Notes: generated by a model from the sequence alone, not told the origin. Counted from the first letter of the stretch, positions 29,703-39,803 are shown. The stretch is DNA of 64,000 bases from an uncultured bacterium (GCA_963786935.1 CAWBAN010000001.1:32001-96000), one strand, 5' to 3'. Program-made: numbers and translations.

Positions 29703-31664
29703 ATGAAAAACAGCAAGTCTTGCGCTTCGATCGCTCTCATCGCGTTGCTCGCGGCCCTCGCCGGATGCAGCGGCGATCCGCAAACCATCGTGCTCGAGAA
29801 TCCCGCGATCTCCTCGATCAATCCCGGCGCGGGAGGATACGGCGACACGATCGTCGTGAGCGGCTCGGGCTTCGGCCCGAATCCCTCGGCGAACGCGATC
29901 GTAATTTCGCCCGGCAGATTCACCGTGCCCGCCGCGCGCCGCGTCATCGTGCCCTTCGGCGGCTCGGCGACCGAGCTCCGGGGGATCGTGCCCGACGGAG
30001 CGTTCACGGGAAGCGCGCGCGTCGAGCGCGCGAATCAGGTGGGCAAGGTGTTCTCGTTCGCCCTCGATCCGCCCGCATCCGCCTCGTCCGCCATGCCGTT
30101 CGGCGTGACGCTCGACGCGGGGGACGTGGGCAAGTCGTTCTTCTCGGGGTCCGACTTCGATTTCTCGATCACGGCCGGAGCCGCGAGCGAGGATTACCTC
30201 GTCGTCGTTTTCAGCGACGCGTTTCCGCCCCAGGCGGATTGGAGCTATCTCTACAGCCTGACGACGAGCGTCTCGACGAGAGTCGCCGCCGGCGGGCCCG
30301 GCGCCGGAACGACGGCCGCTTCGGCGCGGGGGCCGCGCGCCGTGTCCCGCGCGGACGCGGCGGCGCAGCAGGGCGCGGGCATCCCGCGTGACCTCGCCGC
30401 GGGAGCGTCGGGATCGAGACGCAGGGATTTCGAGCGGCGCGTCGACGCGGAGATCCGGGGGCTTCTCCGGACGGGCGCGGGCTCGTCCCGGCGCGGCGAG
30501 CCGGTCCGTTCGCCGGCCCTGAGCACGGCCGCCCCGCAGGCGACCTTCAAGGTGCTCGTCGATCCCTACGGGAGCATTCTCGATCCGGACAACTTCACGA
30601 CGGTCACGGCGAACCTCAAGTTCGACGGCACGCATACGCTCCTCTACGTGGACGCCGAGACGCCGCAGTCGTGCCTCTCCGACGCCGATGCCGCCCTTCT
30701 CGGCGCCGCGTACGACGTGAACATCTACCCGACGGACCGGAGCGCCTTCGGGAGCGAATCGGACATCAACGGCGACGGGAAGGTCACGATCCTTCTGACG
30801 CCCGTCGTGAATCGGATGACGCCCGAGGGGGAGGCGACGGGGCCGCAGGGATTCATCGCGGGATTCTTCCTCGCGACCGATCTGCTTCCCGGGCTCGTCG
30901 ACAGCCGCGTGACGAACGCGCGGGAGATCTTCTACGCGATGGTGCCCGACCCGAGCACGCCGCCTCTATTCGGGAACACATTCCCGAAGGACGGGACGAT
31001 CGACGTGATCCGGGGCGTGCTCGCGCACGAGTTCCTTCACATGATTCTTTATAACTACCGGGCGCTCATCTACGGCGAGGGCGTCTACGCCGACTACCTC
31101 GAAGAGCTCTGGATCAACGAGGGGCTCGCGCACATCGCCGAGGATCTCAACGGGTTCGACGGGAGCAACATCAGGCGCGCGAATCTCTTCCTCGCGAATC
31201 CCGGAGCCGTCACGCTGATCTACGGCGGCGATCTGCTCGAGGAGCGGGGCGCCGAGTTCCTCTTCCTCCGCCATCTCGGCGACCGCTACGGCGAGAGCGT
31301 CTACAAGAATCTCGTTCAATCGAGGAAGTCGGGGACGGCGAACGTCGAGGCTGCGACCGGCGCGTATTTCAACGAGCTCTTCGCCGACTGGGCGGCCGCG
31401 ACCTATCTCGACGACCGGGGCATCACGAGCGATCCCCGGTTCAATTACTCTTCGCTCAATCTGCAGGATACGTCCGGCGACCCGCATTACGTGCCGGTCC
31501 TGACGATTCCGGGAAGCACGTCGGGCACGGTGACGAGATTCGTCAAGGCGATGGCCCCCGAGTACGTCAGGTACACGATTCCTGCCGGGACGACGGTCGA
31601 CTTCACGATCACTGCCCAGGCCTCGACGGGGAGAATGAATGCGGTCGTCATCCGTACGCGATAG
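29703..31664 (+). CDS. lipoprotein with IPT/TIG domain and gluzincin (M30-like) metallopeptidase domain
   Basis: LAG-C lipobox; P.ISSI.P..G..GD.I...GSGF; D.NGDGK; AHEFLHMI plus WINEGLAH. Confidence 0.75.
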   Translation: MKNSKSCASIALIALLAALAGCSGDPQTIVLENPAISSINPGAGGYGDTIVVSGSGFGPNPSANAIVISPGRFTVPAARRVIVPFGGSATELRGIVPDGAFTGSARVERANQVGKVFSFALDPPASASSAMPFGVTLDAGDVGKSFFSGSDFDFSITAGAASEDYLVVVFSDAFPPQADWSYLYSLTTSVSTRVAAGGPGAGTTAASARGPRAVSRADAAAQQGAGIPRDLAAGASGSRRRDFERRVDAEIRGLLRTGAGSSRRGEPVRSPALSTAAPQATFKVLVDPYGSILDPDNFTTVTANLKFDGTHTLLYVDAETPQSCLSDADAALLGAAYDVNIYPTDRSAFGSESDINGDGKVTILLTPVVNRMTPEGEATGPQGFIAGFFLATDLLPGLVDSRVTNAREIFYAMVPDPSTPPLFGNTFPKDGTIDVIRGVLAHEFLHMILYNYRALIYGEGVYADYLEELWINEGLAHIAEDLNGFDGSNIRRANLFLANPGAVTLIYGGDLLEERGAEFLFLRHLGDRYGESVYKNLVQSRKSGTANVEAATGAYFNELFADWAAATYLDDRGITSDPRFNYSSLNLQDTSGDPHYVPVLTIPGSTSGTVTRFVKAMAPEYVRYTIPAGTTVDFTITAQASTGRMNAVVIRTR

Positions 31665-31723
31665 GCGCGCCGGGGCCGCCGGCGCGGCATTCGCTCGGGC
31701 CGCGGCGCGCCGCCGCGCTGCTC

Positions 31724-32260
31724 ATGTTCGTCCTCTGCGCGCCGTCGCCGCCGAAGCCCGAGCCCGCGCCCCCGGATCTTTCCGTCACGCTCGAGGGCGA
31801 CGTGGCGCTCGCCGGCGAGAGCGCTCTCGATCAAACGCTCGTCCTCTCGGACGTGGGAGGGAGCGTCTGCATTCTCTCGAGTCCCCGCTACGAGCTCGAG
31901 CTCAGGAGCCTCGCGGGGCAGCGCGTGCGCGTGACGGGTCGGATCACGGGAAAGGCGGAAGGCGTTCCGGAGTTCCTCGTCGACAGCTACGAGATGGCGC
32001 CGGTCAACGGCCGCGCGCCGCTCATCGGCGCGCTCGTCGCGCGCGGCACCGCGCTCGTTCTCCACGAATCGCGCTCGGGCGCGGAGTATCTGCTCTCGGG
32101 CCTGCTCGTGGAGGCCCTGCGCGCGTACACCGGATGCAAGGTGTGGATCGACGGGCCGCTGACTCCCGGCGGAGGGAAGGAAGCGGCGGGGGGGACGATC
32201 GCGGTGGAAGGCTACGGGATCATCGCGCGGCCCACGGAAGCTACGTCCGGGCGGCCTTGA
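31724..32260 (+). CDS. hypothetical exported protein with two OB-fold-like repeats
   Basis: Two similar L.G..V.V.G units; the true start may be 31639 with a frameshift near 31708. Confidence 0.55.
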   Translation: MFVLCAPSPPKPEPAPPDLSVTLEGDVALAGESALDQTLVLSDVGGSVCILSSPRYELELRSLAGQRVRVTGRITGKAEGVPEFLVDSYEMAPVNGRAPLIGALVARGTALVLHESRSGAEYLLSGLLVEALRAYTGCKVWIDGPLTPGGGKEAAGGTIAVEGYGIIARPTEATSGRP

Positions 32261-32618
32261 GGCATTCCTCGAAATTCGTGTAGTCGACGAAGCGGGCCCG
32301 CTCGAGCTGCTTGAAGAAGGTCGCGAGCCGGTCGTTGCACGGCTCGATCCGCTCGCCGAATTTCTCCCGCATGAGCGCCGCGATCTCTCCGACGTTCCGC
32401 GCGCCGTCGCAGAGGAGCCAAACCTCGCTTCCGATATCGTCGAGCTTGATCTTGATGTAGGTGCTGCGGAACCTCGGCGTGAGCCAGCGCTGGAGGAAGC
32501 GGTTCCCGAATCGCGGCATGAGGACCGTGACAATCCCCGCCTCGTCGACCTCGTGCCCGGCGATTCGCCGGGGCACGAGGTCGAGAAGATTCACGTCTTT
32601 TTTCGCTCGCTTCGCCAT
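32241..32618 (-). CDS. stand-alone PqqD-family / RiPP recognition element protein
   Basis: MAKRAKKDVNLLDLVP...IKLDDIGSEVWLLCDG.RNVGEI...EKF; 11 nt downstream of the OPT stop. Confidence 0.75.
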   Translation of the reverse strand: MAKRAKKDVNLLDLVPRRIAGHEVDEAGIVTVLMPRFGNRFLQRWLTPRFRSTYIKIKLDDIGSEVWLLCDGARNVGEIAALMREKFGERIEPCNDRLATFFKQLERARFVDYTNFEECLKAART

Positions 32619-32629
32619 TCTCCCAATCG

Positions 32630-34675
32630 CTACATCACCGCGGACGGCGGCGGCGGCTCGTCCGGCTTCCCGGCGTTCGCGAGCGGCCGCATGATCAGGT
32701 ACAGCGCGAGGAATATCGCAACTGCGACCGCGATGATCCCGTACGGCGTGTAGAAGTTTTGCTGCCAGAACGGCTTGTCCTGGAAGAACACGAAGGCCGC
32801 GATCACGAGCCCCATGAGGGCCTCGCCGGCGATGAGGCCCGCCGCTCCGAGGATCCCGGCGTTCTCGACGCGGGTCTTCTGCGCGTCGTTGAGCTTGCGC
32901 CTCTTGGCCATCATGTCGGTGATGCCGCGGATGACGCCGCCGACGAATATGGCGAACGTCGTCTCGAGCGGCAGGTACATGCCGACCGAGAAGAGCATCG
33001 GGCTGCGGACCTTGATGAGGATCATCGAGATCCCCATGACGCCGCCGACGATGACGAGCGGCCACGCCATTTCGCCGCCGACGATGCCCTTGGAGAGCAT
33101 CGCCATGAGGCCGGCCTGCGGCGCCGAGAGCGCCTTGTCGCCGAAGCCGATGCCTCCCATCTTGATGTTCGAGACGTGGAGAATGTAGAGCGGGAAGAAC
33201 ATGAGCGCGCCGCTCACGAACACGCCGATGAAGTCGCCGACCTGCATCTTCCACGGCGTACCGCCGAGGATGTGTCCCACCTTGAGGTCCTGCAGCATCT
33301 CGCCGGCCACCGCCGAGGAGACGCAGACGACGCTCGCCACGCCGAGCACGGCGGCGACGCCGGGATCTCCCTTCACCCCGATCACGACGATCAGGAGCGC
33401 CGCGATGATCAGCGTCGAGAGCGTGAGCCCCGAGATCGGGTTGTTCGACGAGCCGATCATGCCGACGAGGTTGCCGGAGACGGCCGCGAAGAGGAAGCCG
33501 ACGACGAGCATGACGAGCGCCGCGACGAGCGCGCCGCCCAGCACGCCCGAGAATTTGTAGTAGATGGCGAGCATGAGGACGAACACGATCGCGATGCCGA
33601 GGAGCACGAGCTTGAAGTTGATGTCCCGGTCGCGGCGGTCGGTCGCGGCCTGCGCGCCGGCGGATTTCTTCACGTCGGCGAAGGAGCGCTTGATGCCCGC
33701 CGCGAGGTTCTTCCTCATCTTGTAGAGCGTGAAGCACGCGCCGACGATCATGCCGCCGACCGCGATCGGCCGGATGATGAACCGCCAGATCGTCGCCGCG
33801 AGCGCGACCCACGTTTCCGTGGCGCCCGGATCGAGCGCGTTCGCCGCCGCGAAATCGGCGATGATCTTGGGGCCGAGGAGGAAGACGAGGAGCGGCACCA
33901 TGAGCCCCCACGCCAGCAGGCCGCCCGCGAAGTTGAGCGCGCCGAGCTCGGGGCCGATGATGTAGCCCACACCCATGTAGGCGGGGGACACGGCCGGCGC
34001 CGAGATCGACGAGATGCCGCCCGCGCCCACGATCGCCGAGTCTTCCTTCGCGCCGAGGCGGACGAAGCTCTTGCCGATCTCGCCGATTCTGAGAATGAAG
34101 TCGTTCGAGGCGCGGAAGAATCCCGAGCCCGCGAAGAACTGGATGACGGCGCCGATGCCCATCGCCTGGAAGAGCTGGGCCGCCGCCTGCCCGCCGCGCT
34201 GTCCCGCCTTGTGGATCTCGGCGGCCGCGACCGATTCGGGGAACTTGAGGTCGCGGTCCTCGACCATGACCCGGCGGAGCACCGTGACGAAGAGAATGCC
34301 GAGCGCGCCGCCCACGACCATGAGCGCGGAGGCCTTGATGTACGTGTTTATATTGAAGGTGCTGAAATCCCAGAGCCCGAGGATGACGAACGCCGGGATC
34401 GTGAAGATCGCGCCCGCGGCGACCGATTCGCCGATCGAGCCCACCGTTCGGGAGAAGTTCTCCTCGAGGATGGAGCCGCGGAACAGGCGCAGGACCGCCA
34501 TACTGATGACGGCCGCCGGATAGGTCGCGGCGATCGTCATTCCCGCGCGCAGTCCGAGGTAGGCGTTCGCCGCGCCGAGCACGACGGTCATGACGAGCCC
34601 GAGGATCAGAGGAATCAGCGTGAACTCCTTCAGATCCGTTTTGTCGGGCACGTAGGGCTTAAACTCACCGCTCAT
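32630..34675 (-). CDS. OPT family oligopeptide transporter
   Basis: ANAYLGLRAG, ILEEN, GESVAAG.IFT.PA, FPES.A, SNNPISG, QDLK.GH..G.TPW, APQA, GLIAGEAL. Confidence 0.9.
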   Translation of the reverse strand: MSGEFKPYVPDKTDLKEFTLIPLILGLVMTVVLGAANAYLGLRAGMTIAATYPAAVISMAVLRLFRGSILEENFSRTVGSIGESVAAGAIFTIPAFVILGLWDFSTFNINTYIKASALMVVGGALGILFVTVLRRVMVEDRDLKFPESVAAAEIHKAGQRGGQAAAQLFQAMGIGAVIQFFAGSGFFRASNDFILRIGEIGKSFVRLGAKEDSAIVGAGGISSISAPAVSPAYMGVGYIIGPELGALNFAGGLLAWGLMVPLLVFLLGPKIIADFAAANALDPGATETWVALAATIWRFIIRPIAVGGMIVGACFTLYKMRKNLAAGIKRSFADVKKSAGAQAATDRRDRDINFKLVLLGIAIVFVLMLAIYYKFSGVLGGALVAALVMLVVGFLFAAVSGNLVGMIGSSNNPISGLTLSTLIIAALLIVVIGVKGDPGVAAVLGVASVVCVSSAVAGEMLQDLKVGHILGGTPWKMQVGDFIGVFVSGALMFFPLYILHVSNIKMGGIGFGDKALSAPQAGLMAMLSKGIVGGEMAWPLVIVGGVMGISMILIKVRSPMLFSVGMYLPLETTFAIFVGGVIRGITDMMAKRRKLNDAQKTRVENAGILGAAGLIAGEALMGLVIAAFVFFQDKPFWQQNFYTPYGIIAVAVAIFLALYLIMRPLANAGKPDEPPPPSAVM

Positions 34676-34770
34676 CGAGCACCTCCCGTATCGCTGTCGA
34701 AGTATCGACGCCTCTTGAGATTAGGGGCATGGTATTCCGTTCGCGGAGGCCAAGTCAAGAAAATGATACT

Positions 34771-34784
34771 GTCGAACGTTCGAC
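34771..34784. promoter_or_regulatory. 14-bp perfect palindrome GTCGAACGTTCGAC, candidate enhancer
   Basis: Lies between the divergent OPT and activator genes, about 80-95 bp upstream of a sigma54 site. Confidence 0.45.
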
Positions 34785-34863
34785 GGTGCGATGGGGCGGG
34801 GACGTCCGGCGCCGCGCGTTCAAGCGAATGCGGGACCGCGACTTCGCGCCGCGCGGGTGCGCG

Positions 34864-34879
34864 CGGCACGGAACGTGCC
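34864..34879 (+). promoter_or_regulatory. sigma54 promoter
   Basis: CGGCACGGAACGTGCC (GG-N10-GC). Confidence 0.55.
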
Positions 34880-34893
34880 TTCCCGTCTCCGGC

Positions 34894-36273
34894 ATGAAGC
34901 GAATCATGAGATCGTTTCTTGGGGCGCTCTGCGAGACGTGCGGGGCCGAGCGGGCGCGCCTGCGCATCGCCGTGGCCGACGGGGATCGAGCGGTGCTCGT
35001 CGTCGATCAGAGCTTGCCGTCATCGTCGGCGAAGCCGCACGATTCGTTCTCGCTCTGCGGCGAGGCCGCGGCGCCATGTGGCGGTCTCGTCGAATCGGAC
35101 GGCCATCGCCAGTGGAGCATGCGGCGCTCGGTGAACGGCTTCCACATCGAGGTCGATCTCAGGCTCGGCGGGAGCGAGGCCGTGTTCGTGAACGACCGCG
35201 TCACGCGGGCCTCGGCGTTTCTCGATCTTTTCGAGTCGCTTCTCGACGGTGCGGAGCCGCCCGGCGCCGGCGCGGATTCGCCGTGGGGCCGGTTGGACGG
35301 CGCCGCCGCCGCGCCCCAGTTCGATCCGCCCTTCGTCGGCGACTCGCCGCCGATGATCGAGCTCAAGCGCACGATCGGGTCGGTGGCCGCGAGCGACGTC
35401 TCGCTCCTCATCGAAGGGGAGAGCGGCACGGGGAAGGAGGTCGTCGCGCGCAACGTCCATCGCCTGAGCCGCCGCCGCGCGAAGCCGCTCGTCATCGCGA
35501 GTTCTCTCGAGATGCCGCACACGCTTCTCCAGAGCGAACTCTTCGGGCACGCCGAAGGGGCGTTCACGGGCGCGAGCAGGGAACGGGCGGGCCTCATCGA
35601 GAGCGCCAACGGCGGCACCTTCTTTCTCGACGAGATCGGCGAGATGCCGCTCGCGCTGCAGGCGGCGCTCCTGCGCGTCCTGCAGGAGAAGGAGGTGCGG
35701 CGCCTCGGCGAGAGCAGGCGCCGTCCGGTGGACGCGCGTTTCGTCTTCGCGACGAACCGCGACCTCCTCGATCTCTCGCGGCGGGGGAGATTCCGGAGGG
35801 ATCTCTACTACCGCATCGCCGGCGTGCGTCTGCGGGTTCCGGCGCTCCGCGACCGCAAGGAAGACGTGCTGCCGCTCGCGGGCTTCTTCCTCTCGCGGTG
35901 CGCGAAGCGCGCCGGCATGCCCGTCCCCGCGATCGCTCCGGCGGCGGTCCGCGCGCTCGTACGGTACGGTTGGCCCGGGAACGTGCGGGAGCTCGCGAAC
36001 GAGATGGAGCGGGTCGTGGCGCTCCACGGGGACGCGCACGCAATCCTGCCCCGCATGCTCTCGCCGCATCTCGAGGAATCGGGCGGCGGCGAGCCGGGCA
36101 TAGACGAGGTCCGGGGCGCCGGCCTTCCCGGCGCGGTCCACCGGCTCGAGCGGGCGATGATCGCCGACGCGCTGCGTCGCCATTCGGGAAACCGCACGCG
36201 CACCGCCGAGGAGCTCCACATCACGAGGCAGGGGCTCCTCAAGAAGCTCAAGCGCTACGGAAGATTGGGATAA
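34894..36273 (+). CDS. sigma54-dependent activator with unrecognised N-terminal domain
   Basis: GESGTGKE, GAFTGA, FFLDEIGE, WPGNVREL, HTH; start uncertain. Confidence 0.85.
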   Translation: MKRIMRSFLGALCETCGAERARLRIAVADGDRAVLVVDQSLPSSSAKPHDSFSLCGEAAAPCGGLVESDGHRQWSMRRSVNGFHIEVDLRLGGSEAVFVNDRVTRASAFLDLFESLLDGAEPPGAGADSPWGRLDGAAAAPQFDPPFVGDSPPMIELKRTIGSVAASDVSLLIEGESGTGKEVVARNVHRLSRRRAKPLVIASSLEMPHTLLQSELFGHAEGAFTGASRERAGLIESANGGTFFLDEIGEMPLALQAALLRVLQEKEVRRLGESRRRPVDARFVFATNRDLLDLSRRGRFRRDLYYRIAGVRLRVPALRDRKEDVLPLAGFFLSRCAKRAGMPVPAIAPAAVRALVRYGWPGNVRELANEMERVVALHGDAHAILPRMLSPHLEESGGGEPGIDEVRGAGLPGAVHRLERAMIADALRRHSGNRTRTAEELHITRQGLLKKLKRYGRLG

Positions 36274-36380
36274 TTCCCTGCTTGTCCGCGCCGCGATACT
36301 TGACTATACTCCGGCGGAAATTTGAGGCGCGAAACGGCGTCGTAAAGACGCGGCGGCGCCGCACATTCGCGGGAGGGTGC

Positions 36381-37937
36381 ATGGCGATCAGGGAGAATTG
36401 GTTCATGCGGTGGCGCGACGAGCTCGTGGCGGGCGTCTCGAGCGGGTTCCTGCTCGCCCTTTCGTTCCCGCCCTTTCCGACGCGGTTCCTCGCGGCGCTC
36501 GCCCTCGTGCCGATCCTGCGGTATTACATCGTGAAGCCGCGGCCGGGGCGCAAACGCGCGGTCGCGCTCGGATTCATCCTCGGCGTTTCGTTCTTCGCGC
36601 CGCTCCTCTTCTGGATTCTCGATCTCATTCCCGCCGCGGGCGCGACGATGCCGTGGCTCATGGGGCCGGCGCTCGCGCTCCTCGTCGCGTATCTCTCGTG
36701 CTACACGGCGATCTTCACCGTGCTCCTCTCGTTCTTCGCGTCCCGCTTCGGCGCGCGCGGGATCATCGCCGCGCCGGCGCTCTGGTCGCTCGTCGAGTAC
36801 GCCCGCTCGCACGGGGAGCTCGCCTTTTCGTGGGGAAATATCGCGAACGCGCTCGCGATCCATCCCGTCGCCATTCAGGGAGTGTCCGTCTACGGCCCGT
36901 TCGGGCTCACGCTCGTTCTCGTGCTTGCGAACGTCTGCGTCGCGTGGGCGCTATTCCGCCCGGGGCAGCGCTCGCGCGTTCTCGCGGCGGCGGCGCTCGT
37001 CGTTCTCGCGGCGGGACATCTCCTCTGGGGCGCGCGCGAGATCGATCGCTACGATCAAACGAAGAAAGCCCTCAACGGCACGGATGCGGTGGCGGTCATG
37101 CAGCCGAACGTCGATCTCGGCAAGAAATTCGAGCCGGCCTACCGCGACACGATATTCATGCAGTTCGAGAAATACGCGGCGATCGCCGCGGCGCACGGCG
37201 CCGGTCTCATCATGTTCCCCGAAACGGCCGCCCCGGTGTCGTTCAAGGCGACGCCCGAGTATCTCGGGCTCCTCGAGATGATGGCGCGCGGCGACGGGAT
37301 CGATATTCTCACCGGCTACGTCGATCACACGGTTGCGGACAAGAAGTGGATCGCGCACAACGCGGCCGCCCTCGTCTCGAAGGACGGGATGCTCACGGGA
37401 AACTATCACAAGATGAATCTCCTTCCCTTCGGCGAGAAGCTCCCGTGGAGCCAGTATTTCCCGGCGATGACCAGGATCGATTTCGGGCAGGCGAATTTCA
37501 TCCCGGGCACGAAGCAGACGATCTTCGATTCGAGCGTCGGCAAATTCGGCGTTCTCATCTGCTTCGAGTCGACGTTCTCGGGATTCACGCGGCGCTACGT
37601 TCAAAACGGCGCCGATTTTCTCGTGAACATCACGAACGACGGCTGGTTCGGGAACAATCAGGGCCCCGTCCAGCACGCCGAGATGGCGATTCTCCGCTCC
37701 GTCGAGAACCGCGTCACGCTCTTCAGGGCCGCGTACACGGGCGTCTCGATGGTCGTCGATCCGGTCGGGCGCGTGCAGCAGCAGATCGGGCTCTTCACCG
37801 AGGGAATGATCTTCGGATCGGCGGAGCGCGCGGAGGGCCTCACGTTCTACACGAAGCACGGGGACGCCGTCTATTTCGCGCTTGTGTTCGTTTCCCTGCT
37901 CCTTGCGGTCGTCCCATTCGGGCGCCCGCGCCGCTAG
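36381..37937 (+). CDS. lnt: apolipoprotein N-acyltransferase
   Basis: N-terminal TM helices; QPN, FPETA, K..LLPFGE, ICFES, NITNDGWF. Confidence 0.9.
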   Translation: MAIRENWFMRWRDELVAGVSSGFLLALSFPPFPTRFLAALALVPILRYYIVKPRPGRKRAVALGFILGVSFFAPLLFWILDLIPAAGATMPWLMGPALALLVAYLSCYTAIFTVLLSFFASRFGARGIIAAPALWSLVEYARSHGELAFSWGNIANALAIHPVAIQGVSVYGPFGLTLVLVLANVCVAWALFRPGQRSRVLAAAALVVLAAGHLLWGAREIDRYDQTKKALNGTDAVAVMQPNVDLGKKFEPAYRDTIFMQFEKYAAIAAAHGAGLIMFPETAAPVSFKATPEYLGLLEMMARGDGIDILTGYVDHTVADKKWIAHNAAALVSKDGMLTGNYHKMNLLPFGEKLPWSQYFPAMTRIDFGQANFIPGTKQTIFDSSVGKFGVLICFESTFSGFTRRYVQNGADFLVNITNDGWFGNNQGPVQHAEMAILRSVENRVTLFRAAYTGVSMVVDPVGRVQQQIGLFTEGMIFGSAERAEGLTFYTKHGDAVYFALVFVSLLLAVVPFGRPRR

Positions 37938-38006
37938 AGGGCGCACGCAAGCCCCTCCATAATACTATTTACACCCCCCTTGAGATTCCTCTATGCTTGC
38001 AGCCGC

Positions 38007-38534
38007 ATGTTAGGCATTTACGGGCAACTCATGCTCTCCTTCTTCAAGACCGGGCTTTTCGGTTACGGTGGAGGTCCGTCCATCATTCCGCTCGTCGAGA
38101 AGGAAGTCGTCACCAACTATCACTGGCTCACGCAGGAGGAGTTCATCGACGTCCTTGCGATGGCGAATGCGCTCCCGGGCCCCATCGCGACGAAGATGGC
38201 GCTCTGCGTCGGGCTCAAGGTGGGCGGTCCGTGGGGAGCGGCGGCGGCGCTTGGGGCGCACATCTTTCCCTCGACGGTGCTCATCGTCATTCTCGCGACG
38301 CTCTACTTCAAATACCGCAGCGTGCCGGCGATTCAGGGAATCACGAAGGGCGTGCGCCCCATCGTCGTGGCGCTCCTCCTCGTCACGGTGGCGCACATGG
38401 CGCCGAAATCGGTCTTCGCGTGGGAATCGGCGCTCCTCGCGGTGGCGTGCTTCGCGGTCGTCTATTTCCTCGACGTGCATCCGATCTACGCGATCATCGT
38501 CGCGGGGATCTTCGGATTTTTCTACTATCGCTGA
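38007..38534 (+). CDS. short-chain chromate transporter (CHR family)
   Basis: FFKTGLFGYGGG, WLT.EEF, ALPGPIATK. Confidence 0.85.
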   Translation: MLGIYGQLMLSFFKTGLFGYGGGPSIIPLVEKEVVTNYHWLTQEEFIDVLAMANALPGPIATKMALCVGLKVGGPWGAAAALGAHIFPSTVLIVILATLYFKYRSVPAIQGITKGVRPIVVALLLVTVAHMAPKSVFAWESALLAVACFAVVYFLDVHPIYAIIVAGIFGFFYYR

Positions 38535-38588
38535 GCGGCCGGCCGCGTTCGCCGCGCCCGCCATATCCGCCGGGGGGAGGAATCGTTC

Positions 38589-39803
38589 ATGAACTTCGAT
38601 GAGCAGTGCTATCTCGCCGATCCGTACGCGATCGATTTTTCCGCGCGGGTGCGCGAGGCGGAGCCGGCAGGCGAAGGGCTCTGGGCCGTCTATCTCGACC
38701 GGACCTTCTTCTATCCCGACTCGGGCGGGCAGCCGGACGATCGCGGTACGCTCGGCGGTCGCGCGGTCATCGCCGTCGCCGAAAGCGAGAAGGGCGTGCG
38801 GCATCTCGTGAAGGGGGAGCTCCGCGCGGGGGAGACGGTCGATGGTGTCGTCGATTGGCCGCGGCGCTTCGATCACATGCAGCAGCACTCGGGGCAGCAT
38901 CTCCTCTCGCGCATCTTTCTCGAGAGCTACAAGCTCAAGACGGTCTCGTTCCATCTCGGCGAGGAGGCGTGCACGATCGATCTCGAGGGAATGGCGCCGA
39001 GCGAGGAGCGGCTCGATGAAGCCGAGTGGCGCGCGAACGAGATCGTCTTCAGGAACATTCCGATACTGTGCCGCGTCGCGGACGCGGGAGAGATCCAGAC
39101 CTCGACCGTGCTCCGTTCGAGGCTCCCCGAGGGCGTCGAGCGCGTGCGGATCGTCGAGATCGAGAAGTTCGACAGCTCCACGTGCTGCGGCACGCACGTG
39201 CGCTCGACCGGCGAGATCGGAATCGTCAAGATCCTCGGCATGGAGAAGGTCAAGGGGAACGCCCGCGTCGAGTTCGTTTGCGGCGGCCGCGCGCTGAAGG
39301 ATTACGCGGCGAAGCACAAGATCCTCTCCTCGATCGCAAAGCAGTTCACGACCGATTGGCGTGAGATTCCGCGGATCGTCGGGAAGCTCGGCGACGAGGG
39401 GAAGGAGCTGCGGAGGAAGAACGACGAGCTCTCGCGGGAGCTCGCGGGATTCAAGGCGGTGGGGCTCTCCGAGGCGACCGGCACGGCCGGCGGCTTCGAC
39501 ATCGTGAAGCGGGCCTTCACCGAAGGGGATGCGGGATCGCTCAGAGAAATGGCCACGAAGATCAGGGATATGGGGGGGAAGATCGTGCTCTTTGGCCTCT
39601 CGGGCCCGAGCCCGGCGCTCATCTTCGGATGCTCGGCGGGCATTCCGCTCAACATGGGGGAGCTCATGAAGGTGTGCGCGCCGATAGTCGGGGCGCGCGG
39701 CGGCGGGGGGAAGGACTTCGCGCAGGGTGGAGGCGGCGACGGCGCGCGCGTGCCTGAGGCGCTCGACGAGGCGGAGCGCAGGATTAAGGAAGCGCTCGGA
39801 TGA
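38589..39803 (+). CDS. AlaX-type alanyl-tRNA editing protein with DHHA1 domain
   Basis: T.FYP.SGGQP.D, QQHSGQH and CCGTH Zn motifs, GGGGKDFAQGG. Confidence 0.85.
   Translation: MNFDEQCYLADPYAIDFSARVREAEPAGEGLWAVYLDRTFFYPDSGGQPDDRGTLGGRAVIAVAESEKGVRHLVKGELRAGETVDGVVDWPRRFDHMQQHSGQHLLSRIFLESYKLKTVSFHLGEEACTIDLEGMAPSEERLDEAEWRANEIVFRNIPILCRVADAGEIQTSTVLRSRLPEGVERVRIVEIEKFDSSTCCGTHVRSTGEIGIVKILGMEKVKGNARVEFVCGGRALKDYAAKHKILSSIAKQFTTDWREIPRIVGKLGDEGKELRRKNDELSRELAGFKAVGLSEATGTAGGFDIVKRAFTEGDAGSLREMATKIRDMGGKIVLFGLSGPSPALIFGCSAGIPLNMGELMKVCAPIVGARGGGGKDFAQGGGGDGARVPEALDEAERRIKEALG

Noticed and set aside
32619..33911. 556-aa ORF that includes PqqD
   Set aside because: Only the last 125 aa look coding; the rest is an off-frame shadow of OPT
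34791..36380. Apparent 530-aa N-terminal extension of Lnt
   Set aside because: It overlaps the bEBP in another frame; the real start is ATG 36381 with a GGGAGG RBS
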